A stretch of DNA of 7,228 bases from Zygnema circumcarinatum SAG 698-1b (taxonomy: Eukaryota; Plantae; Zygnematophyceae), in the NCBI GenBank assembly GCA_037447605.1, contig JBBHKD010000071.1:1-7228 (forward strand), read 5' to 3'. The notes below the pieces were generated by a model. That model had not been told where the DNA came from. It was given only the letters and a program-made list of their open reading frames with translations, and did not search any database. Positions 1-7,102 of the stretch are shown in pieces; position 1 is the stretch's first letter, and each line of letters opens with the position of its first letter. Position numbers and translations under genes: made by a program.

Positions 1-341
1 ATGCTGCGTGCCCGTATCCCACGCCAAAGTCTCAAAAATTGGTTCGGTACAAATTTAGATACTGATGCGCCCAGCTTCGAAGAAAGCAATATTTTGTACA
101 GTGAGAGATTGGACCAATCAAAATTTGCTAAGTCAAAATATAACACGTGGCAGATGTTGATTGGCTGGCAGCTGACAATGTCGAGATCTCGGGCCGAGGG
201 ACGCGCGCACTCGCACGAGCGAGAGCCGGCTTTGGCCAAAGTCGTGGGCGCTTGCCATTCGCTGGGAACAAGTGCGGCTGCAGATCGAACGGTGATCTGC
301 CGTGGTGCGATCTTCGAAGGAATCGACAGCTGCAATTGATA
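1..341 (+). repeat. Partial extra copy of the long-TIR element interior; probable assembly duplication
   Basis: 72-341 is identical to 710-979 (270 bp, offset 638). 1-71 matches ~643-709 with several small indels. The copy ends exactly at the N gap. Confidence 0.9.
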
Positions 342-351
342 NNNNNNNNNN
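342..351. other. Scaffold gap (10 N)
   Basis: Run of ten N bases. Confidence 1.
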
Positions 352-1059
352 TGGTCATACCGGCAAATGCGGAGTGGTGATAAAGTCACGTCGCGTCACG
401 ATCACGGTTACGTTCGGGGGGCGCGAGACTGGTGAAGTTGACTCGAAAACTTGGTAATCGTACAGCTTGGTAATTGGTAATCGTTTTTTAAGTCTGAGAC
501 CCCCTATTAAGAAGCGGAAGCTCCGTCCGCCACGAGATCGTTCGAAGGTACACGTGTAGTCAATCGCAGCCGTCGATTCCCTCGCAGATCGGAACACAGC
601 AAATCACCATTGAAATCTGAAGGCCGGGCTAGGTCCCAGCGAATGCACGTGCCCACGTATCCCGCCAAAGTCGTCTCAAAAGTGGTTCCGTACAAATTTC
701 GTACGGTCGCAGCTTCGAAGAAAGCAATATTTTGTACAGTGAGAGATTGGACCAATCAAAATTTGCTAAGTCAAAATATAACACGTGGCAGATGTTGATT
801 GGCTGGCAGCTGACAATGTCGAGATCTCGGGCCGAGGGACGCGCGCACTCGCACGAGCGAGAGCCGGCTTTGGCCAAAGTCGTGGGCGCTTGCCATTCGC
901 TGGGAACAAGTGCGGCTGCAGATCGAACGGTGATCTGCCGTGGTGCGATCTTCGAAGGAATCGACAGCTGCAATTGATACGCACGTGTGAAGGACGGACA
1001 CCTGCGAACGATCTCGTGGAGGACGGATCTTCCGCTCCGAGCGGATTCTGGCAGGCCGA

Positions 1060-1067
1060 TATTTCTT
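1060..1067 (+). repeat. Left target-site duplication TATTTCTT
   Basis: Identical to 2013-2020 and immediately abuts the TIR. Confidence 0.92.
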
Positions 1068-2012
1068 GGGTAGTGATATTTCCACCCCTTTTTTGGATCC
1101 AAACACCCCTTCCCGGCCGGGCAGATTTCAGAAGGGATTAAAAACAGAAAATGCTTTTTTCACACCTTTTTGGAATCGATACCTACCTTCTTCCGTCGGC
1201 TGATTTTATTTTTGCTAACCAAGGAAAATGATACCCCGTCACCGCATTTTGAATACTGTATCCCGCCTCCCTGAATTTTTTTTTTGAGGGAAAGAATTAT
1301 CTGCCTGCCCGAATCCGCTCGGAGCGGAAGATCCGTCCGCCACAAGATCGTTCGCGGGTGTCCGTCCTTCACACGTGTGTGTCAATCGCAGCTGTCGATT
1401 CCCTCGCAGATCGCACCACTGCAAATCACCGTTCGATCTGCAGCCGGGCTCGATCTTAGCGAATGGAAAGCGCCCACGAGTCCCGTCAAAGCCAAATCGC
1501 AAGAGCGAGTGCGCGCGTCCCTCGGCCCGAGATCTCGTCAATTTTAGCTCGCAGCCAATCAACATCTGCCACGTGTTTCATTTTTGACGTGGAAAATTAT
1601 GATTGGTTCAAGATCTCAATGTACAAAATTTTGGGTTCCTCACATTGCGATCGTACGCCATTTGTACGGACAAACTTTTGAGACGACTTTGGCGGGATAC
1701 GTGGGCAGGTGCCCCGCGCTGTGACCGAGCCCGGCTGCCGATCAAATAGTAATCTGCCGTGTTGCGATCTGCGAGGGAATCGACGGCTGCGATTGACCGC
1801 ACGTGTGAAAAAAAAATCAGGTAAGCGGGATATTCAAATGGGGTGATGGGTTATCATTTTCCTTGTTTCGCAGCAATAAATCTGCCGATGGAGGGTGGTA
1901 TCGATTCCAAAAAGGTGTGAAAAAGCCATTTTCCGCTTTTAATCCTTTTTGACATCTGCCCGGCCGGGAAGGGGTGTTTGGATCCAAAAAAGGGGTGGAA
2001 ATATCACTACCC
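1068..2012 (-). mobile_element. Non-autonomous long-TIR DNA transposon with both ends intact (945 bp; MULE/foldback-like MITE), inverted relative to the host copy
   Basis: 1068-1126 (GGGTAGTGATATTTCCACCCC...GGGCAGAT) is the exact reverse complement of 1954-2012 (59 bp). Imperfect inverted homology continues as ~1068-1490 versus ~1685-2012, with a deletion near 1808 in the right arm. Flanked by the direct repeat TATTTCTT. No transposase ORF. Confidence 0.92.
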
Positions 2013-2020
2013 TATTTCTT
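2013..2020 (+). repeat. Right target-site duplication TATTTCTT
   Basis: Identical to 1060-1067 and immediately abuts the TIR. Confidence 0.92.
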
Positions 2021-2444
2021 TCCCTCAAAAAAATAATTCAGGGAGGCGGGATATTCAAAATGGGGTGACGGGGTGTCATTTTCCTTGGTTAGCAAAAATA
2101 AAATCTGCCGACGGAAGAAGGTGGGTATCGATTCCAGAAAGGTGTGAAAAAAGCACTTTCCGTTTTTAATCCTTTTTGAAATCTGCCCGGCCGGGAAGGG
2201 GTGTTTTGATCCAAAAAAGGGATGGAAATAACACTACCCGTTTAATTTGTCGAAGGCGATGTTTGTACAGTTATCATAACCCCGCATTTCCATCATTTGT
2301 CGTTTTCGGTAAGCTACCTCGAAGCTGCAGCCGCGGTTGCCGACCTTTTCCCCGCGTCGGTCCAAACGATTTCCGTGTCCAACGCGTCGAGCCGCGTCGC
2401 CGTCGAGCCGCCTCCCGGGGGCTGAGGGCATAAAGGCTGGCGGC

Positions 2445-2705
2445 GGGGGAGGGAGGGAGGGAGAGAGCGAGAGAAAGAGAGAGAGAGAGAGAGTGAGAGA
2501 GAGAGAGGCGAGCGGAGAGAGAAAGAGAGAGGCGATCGGAGGGGAGAGTCGAAGTGAGGAGTGACAGGGGAGCAGCTTGGAGGGCGACGCACTCGGTAAG
2601 GAGGGGAGGGAGGGAGGGGGAGGGAGGGAGGGAGGGAGGGGGAGGGGGAGGAGGGGGAGGAGGGGGAGGGGAGGGAGGGGAGGGAGGGGGAGGGGAGGGA
2701 GGGGG
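2445..2705 (+). repeat. Purine-rich low-complexity tract: (GA)n-like block, then a pure-purine (GGGA/GGGGGA)n block
   Basis: GA dinucleotide runs at ~2461-2530. 2598-2705 contains only G and A, with many runs of three or more G. Confidence 0.95.
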
Positions 2706-2820
2706 CCCTTGTCTGCCACTATTTGCTTTACATACGCGCATGTTGCGAACGGTTTGACTTTGCTCAGTCTTTAAAATTGTTTTATCTCTTTTTTTTCTTA
2801 TGCAATTTGAATGGAAGGAG

Positions 2821-2923
2821 GTAAGGGACGAGGGCATTTTCCTAAGCTATGCGCGACTGATGATTTGAAGACTCGCCGCATTCATACTGACCACTCTCCT
2901 CTACTCTGTTCATGCTTGTGCAG
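2821..2923 (+). other. Putative spliceosomal intron in the 5' leader of the LRR-lipase gene (103 bp)
   Basis: Donor GAG|GTAAGG at 2821, branch-like ACTGAC at 2886-2891, pyrimidine-rich tract, then acceptor TGTGCAG| ending at 2923. Confidence 0.55.
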
Positions 2924-3076
2924 ATCATCATAGCCCATTAAGCAAAGGAAGGCCTTCTATTCTTCACATTTATCGAGCTTCATCCAACTTCGTTCGTCCT
3001 TCTGAAAGAAATTTTCTGAGTTTTAGCCCCTTCAAATTTGACATTCAGCTCAACGAATTTTAGGCATTTTCTCAAA

Positions 3077-5002
3077 ATGCCGAGCAACGAGCAGGCGGTT
3101 GCAGAGAGCAGCTTGCAGTCCCTTCCAGTGGCATTCTTGACTTTACCGAAGGACTCTCCGAAGGACGAGAAATCAAAGCTGCTCTTTGACGGGCTGAAGG
3201 AGTGGTTGCAGAAAGAGCTGCCGCTGCACGAGATGGAGGAGGAAAGGGAGAGAGTGAAAAAGGGGGCGCAGAGGCTTACAGATTTGCTGCCAAGGTTGCA
3301 GGCCAAGCAGAACATTCAGTCTGCTGAGTCCTTTGCTGATTTTTTTGCTCTCCTTGACCTGCATCGGAATTCCCTGCCACCAGGCATTGGCCTGCTGATG
3401 AAACTCGCCGACGAAACCACTTTTAAGGCGAACGGCAAGCAGCTTTCGAAGTTTCCCGTTCCTATCATTGAGTGGAATATTTTGATATCATTGGATCTTG
3501 GAAACAACCGCTTGAGCTCTCTGCCGGTAGAAATTAGTCAACTTCGTCGACTCAAAGAACTGCGCCTCGACCACAATGAGCTGACCTCGATCCCGGCCGA
3601 ACTTTCATCTCTGAAGGACCTGAAACTGCTCGATGTGTATGACAACCGCCTGCTTACTATACCGAGCATGCCAAAGCTCCAACTTGTTCAAGGCCAGCTT
3701 CAAGGGCAAGGAGAATGCGTTAAGGAGGGGTTTATTGTTGGTAAAAACCCGCTGCTCTATCGTCTGGATGACGTTTCATTTCAAGGAGCAGGTGAAGAAC
3801 TTATTAAGGAGATAACCTCAGAATTACATCGTGGATTCGAAGAACACTTTGCAAACGCGGAAACCTCTCGTGCGAGTTGCTCAGCCAGCGAAGTCATCAA
3901 GTATTACAACGAGAAGATTTCAGAGAATTTGACGATCGAAGAAGCTGCGCTGCAGATGCTGACGTGCTCCCTGGTTTATCTGGATGATAAATTCAGCGAC
4001 TTCAAGGACCACCTTGAGTTCAACATAACAACAAACCTGTTGACCATGTACCCTGTGGATAACATAGTGGCACCGCCGGTAGATTACTATGCTAGAAGGT
4101 ACAGAATAAAGGATTCACTTCGAAACCCAGAAGGGTGTATTGGCTTCTACTTGGTTCCAGAAAGCGATGAGGAGAGTCAGAAAGCCAAAATCATTTTGTT
4201 TCGTGGCACAAAACCCAATGCGAAATATTTTCCCACGGGCATCATGGCGGACTTGAATCGTAATTCTGTGGGGTTGTGGGCTTTCACTGATGCAAAGGAG
4301 TACATAAAAAAGTGGGCTGAGGACGCGTTAGGAATGGTCGGTGGTGACGGCATCAAGCTGGTGATAACGGGCCATAGCCTCGGGGGAGCTTTGGCAATGC
4401 ACACCTTTGCCAGCATTGAGGAGCCGCTCCTTCGGCAAAAAAATGTCAGAGTGGTCACCTTCAACGCTCCTGGCGTGGATGAAGACACCATTCGAAACAA
4501 AATGTGTGGTGGTGGAGTAGATGTAACTTTGATGTCGAGGAACATTTGTATGGTTTGCCACGACTGGGATGTTGTGCAGTACGGAGGATTTTTGCAGCCG
4601 CCAGGGATTGTGGTCTACACTGGAGACCTTGTGGACAATCCGTCAAGCTCCTTAACAATACTTCGAAGGTCAAGTGTCTCATTGCCAGACTTGGCCATGT
4701 CTGGATTTTGGGGGCTTGTACGACGGCTCGCTGGTGACAGGGCCATCCCGTCAAAGGCCAGAGCCATTCAAAACCTCCTGAACTCGTTCGTTTATGCGCA
4801 CACGGCTCCGACCTTGGCGCTGCGCCAAATGCATGGGCATGCTCCTGTGGATGTCGAGCTGGAGAGGCATGATGGGGGGCATGTGGCCAATGGCCTCGGA
4901 CCTACTTCCAGAAAGATAGCCTTATATCGCGATATCCTCTCTGCTACGATGGCCGCATGTGGCGGGTTTGGCTCGGCTGTGGGTGGCCTGTTCAAGCGTT
5001 AG
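3077..5002 (+). CDS. Leucine-rich repeat / class-3 lipase-like (alpha/beta hydrolase) fusion protein, 641 aa
   Basis: 1.9-kb uninterrupted ORF. First ATG at 3077 in AAAATGC context, with an in-frame TGA upstream at 3017-3019. Contains LxxLxLxxNxLxxLP repeats and lipase motifs ILFRGT, VITGHSLGGALA, VVTFNAPG, HDWDVV and AH. Stop TAG at 5000-5002. Confidence 0.93.
   Translation: MPSNEQAVAESSLQSLPVAFLTLPKDSPKDEKSKLLFDGLKEWLQKELPLHEMEEERERVKKGAQRLTDLLPRLQAKQNIQSAESFADFFALLDLHRNSLPPGIGLLMKLADETTFKANGKQLSKFPVPIIEWNILISLDLGNNRLSSLPVEISQLRRLKELRLDHNELTSIPAELSSLKDLKLLDVYDNRLLTIPSMPKLQLVQGQLQGQGECVKEGFIVGKNPLLYRLDDVSFQGAGEELIKEITSELHRGFEEHFANAETSRASCSASEVIKYYNEKISENLTIEEAALQMLTCSLVYLDDKFSDFKDHLEFNITTNLLTMYPVDNIVAPPVDYYARRYRIKDSLRNPEGCIGFYLVPESDEESQKAKIILFRGTKPNAKYFPTGIMADLNRNSVGLWAFTDAKEYIKKWAEDALGMVGGDGIKLVITGHSLGGALAMHTFASIEEPLLRQKNVRVVTFNAPGVDEDTIRNKMCGGGVDVTLMSRNICMVCHDWDVVQYGGFLQPPGIVVYTGDLVDNPSSSLTILRRSSVSLPDLAMSGFWGLVRRLAGDRAIPSKARAIQNLLNSFVYAHTAPTLALRQMHGHAPVDVELERHDGGHVANGLGPTSRKIALYRDILSATMAACGGFGSAVGGLFKR
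3413..3676 (+). other. LRR region: one degenerate plus three recognisable repeats with 23-aa spacing
   Basis: ETTFKANGKQLSKFPVPIIEWNI / LISLDLGNNRLSSLPVEISQLRR / LKELRLDHNELTSIPAELSSLKD / LKLLDVYDNRLLTIPSMPK, starting at 3413, 3482, 3551 and 3620. Confidence 0.9.
4130..4810 (+). other. Class-3 lipase-like domain (approximate limits)
   Basis: FRGT at 4199-4210 and nucleophile elbow GHSLGG at 4370-4387 (Ser codon 4376). Candidate Asp codon 4568 and His codon 4799 are assigned by motif position only. Confidence 0.85.
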
Positions 5003-5502
5003 CCATCTTCCAACTCCTGAAGGAAAAATAGCCTTCCAGAAAGAGGAACCTTTGATGGGACAGATTCAGGTGGCAGCTTTGATTATTGGAAGGAGCAGTT
5101 TTACTGGTTATCAATTATTATCTGTTCAATCGTTGTTAATATTAGTCTTATTTTTTATGCTAGGTCCAGTTGCTGGCACATTTGCTAAGCGAACGCTTGC
5201 AGGCATCTTGCATGTCTGTGTCGATGCCAACTAAAGTCCAGCTGAAAATTATTTAATTTATAGAAAATTATTCCATCTGTGGACTCATTTTGTATTCATA
5301 CATGGATCCATCATCAGTGACTCGAAAATCTGTTTCAGATGCATCCGTGGCTGCCTTCTCTCCAGGCCATGGAACCAACTGTTTACAAACTGAAGCGTGT
5401 CCGTTGGCCCTAATTGCAACTTGATCTCAAGGGCTGCTCGATACACGGACTCAGAACGATGGCCGGTTCGCCTTCGCAGCTGCTTTCATAAGCACTGTTA
5501 AA

Positions 5503-5953
5503 CCTCTCCCTCCTCCTCTCTCCTCCTCTCCTCTCCCTCCTCCTCTCTCCTCCTCTCCTCTCCCTCCTCCTCTCTCCTCTCCTCTCCCTCCTCTCCTCTC
5601 CTCTCCCTCTCCTCTCCCGCCCTCCTTTCCTCTCCCTTCCTCCTCTCCTCTCCTCCTCTCCTCTCCCTCCTCTCCTCTCCTCCTCTCCTCTCCCGCCTCT
5701 CCTCTCCTCCTCTCCGCTCCCTCCTCTCCTCTCTCGCCCTCCTCTCCTCTCCCTCTTCTCCCTCCCTCCCTCTCCTCTCCTCTCCTCCTCTCCTCTCCTT
5801 TCCTCAACTCCTCTCCCTCCTCCTCTCCTCTCCCTCCTCTCCTCTCCCTCCTCTCCTCGCCCTCCCTCCCTCCTCTCCTCCTCTCCTCTGCTCTCCCTCC
5901 TCTCCTCTCCCTCCTCTCCTTTTCCTCCCTCCCCTTCTCTCCCTCCCTCCCTC
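5503..5953 (+). repeat. Pyrimidine low-complexity tract, (CCTCT)n-like, about 450 bp
   Basis: Almost exclusively C/T, built from CTCCT/CTCC/CCT units, with only a few G or A interruptions. Confidence 0.97.
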
Positions 5954-6078
5954 AGCACCCCCTGGCCTTATAGAACCTCTGCAGCTCCATTTTCTCTACT
6001 CACATTTCCTTCCTCCTTTCCAACCTCTCTCCAAACATCCTAAATATCACCCTTAACATCTCAGACCCTCAGATCCTT

Positions 6079-6342
6079 AAACCCTAAAAACTCTACTCGT
6101 CTCCCTGGCACCACAGCCCCCTCCAGGGCCCTGAACCCTAACTTTTCATTTACCACTAGCCTTTAGTCAACCCTTCCAAAACCCGAACCCTAAAACCCGT
6201 AAACTTGAACGAATCTTCAGACCCTTCCGTGCCGCGTCAACCTTAATGTCCCTTAATAGGCATGTGCCACGTCGGGGTCGAGCGACAAATCACACGGGCG
6301 GAGATGCCGTACAGGAGGCTGTACTTTATCGCTTTAGGGTTT
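6079..6342. promoter_or_regulatory. Cluster of telo-box / plant telomere-like motifs
   Basis: AAACCCTAA at 6079-6087, AACCCTAA at 6134-6141, AACCCTAAA at 6186-6194, and TTTAGGGTTT at 6333-6342 (opposite orientation). Function not shown. Confidence 0.4.
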
Positions 6343-6646
6343 CATGTGACCGTTTCGTGTCGTTGGCGGTTTTACGGTTTGTTACGGCCTACGCTCCACG
6401 GAGGCGAAGCCGGATTGGCCGCAGGACCACGGAGGTTGGACTTTTGTCTTTTTGTGGATCTCTGCAATCATTGCTATTATGATTGGATCTTCGTACGCTT
6501 TTCGTACTGTGTAAAATGCTGCTGGAATGTACGAATATGTACGGCAGGTACCGAATCAAGTTGTACGGCACAGAAACGGTTACAGTACGCCCCCCTAATA
6601 TTTTCATTCAAAGCATTTCCGCTAGCCAAGAAATTCGCCCAGATTT

Positions 6647-6827
6647 GGGGGAGTCAGACCTTGACCATCGCCAAATCAATTTTGTAGCATTGGCTAGGTA
6701 CGCATTTCGGTACGGCTGGGTACGGCGGAGGCACGGATCCCGATCCGGAATTCGTACACGAAAGATCTGACTTTTAGTGTAAGGAATTTGGGAATTTCGT
6801 AAGCGATGGTCAAGGTCTGACTCCCCC
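6647..6827. mobile_element. Small MITE-like element (181 bp) with perfect 25-bp inverted repeats
   Basis: GGGGGAGTCAGACCTTGACCATCGC (6647-6671) is the exact reverse complement of 6803-6827. A third copy with three mismatches lies at 6999-7023. Flanks are TTT and TAA, so there is no perfect TSD. Confidence 0.6.
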
Positions 6828-7023
6828 TAATACACTATAACGTTCGACAGGCTCGGGCGCCGAGCCTGTATCTCATTTTTGTAACCTATTTCGAAGTACG
6901 GATGGGACAGACAGGTTCGGGGGGAGCCGCGGTTTCCGACCCGAATTCTGCAATCGAAATCAATACCTTTTCGATGGCGAAATCTTTCAATTCCGCCGGC
7001 GATGATCGTGGTCTGACTCCCCC

Positions 7024-7102
7024 TAATACTAAAAATTCGATATTCGTAACATTAGGGCTTAAAAAATTCTCGTAATACTAAAAACTCGATATTCGTAACA
7101 TT
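7024..7102 (+). repeat. 30-bp direct repeat, two copies, period 49 bp
   Basis: TAATACTAAAAA(T/C)TCGATATTCGTAACATT at 7024-7053 and 7073-7102 (one mismatch). Degenerate partial third copy at ~7118-7135. Confidence 0.9.

Larger units (their letters stand above)
511..2239 (+). mobile_element. Host copy of a non-autonomous long-TIR DNA transposon; left end truncated; interrupted by a second copy at 1068-2012
   Basis: ~550-1067 is homologous to the reverse complement of ~1291-1806. 2021-2239 continues the right TIR and ends in ...GGAAATAACACTACCC, the family terminus. ~511-670 is an imperfect inverted repeat of ~866-1040. No GGGTAGTG left terminus or matching TSD is visible in the window. Confidence 0.8.

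Noticed and set aside
2005-2012. CACTA motif suggesting an En/Spm element (also CACTATAA at 6833)
   Set aside because: The element termini are GGG...CCC with an 8-bp TSD, whereas CACTA elements start with CACTA and have 3-bp TSDs. No partner end was seen for 6833.
1-2433. Many 60-160-aa ORFs on both strands
   Set aside because: They lie in or next to the non-coding TIR element, their frames are not conserved between copies, and none shows transposase or other domain motifs.
2234-2837. Pro/Ser/Leu- and Gly/Glu/Arg-rich ORFs resembling extensin or formin
   Set aside because: They are translations of the GA/GGGA tract, which is open in most frames.
3038-3076. TTG start giving a 654-aa protein
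   Set aside because: The eukaryotic context favours ATG 3077, which has A at -3; no Shine-Dalgarno-like sequence precedes the TTG.
2980-4995. Short antisense and alternate-frame ORFs overlapping the main CDS
   Set aside because: They are shadow ORFs with no recognisable motifs.
3077-5002. Calling the gene EDS1/PAD4, an NLR or a receptor-like protein
   Set aside because: There is no EP domain after the lipase, no P-loop/NB-ARC, and no signal peptide or 24-aa extracellular LRRs.
5070-5163. Possible 3' UTR intron ending at TTTTTTATGCTAG
   Set aside because: The acceptor is plausible, but the candidate donors (GTGGCA, GTTATC) are weak.
5410-5958. Arg/Gly/Glu-rich minus-strand ORFs (182 and 118 aa)
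   Set aside because: They are translations of the CT tract, with non-ATG starts and no complex coding content.
6246-6770. ORFs of 72-141 aa at the right end
   Set aside because: No recognisable domains, and they overlap motif-rich repeat-like DNA.
6803-6831. Helitron 3' end (CTAA followed by T)
   Set aside because: There is only a 4-5-bp stem upstream, and the arm is better explained as one half of a perfect inverted repeat.
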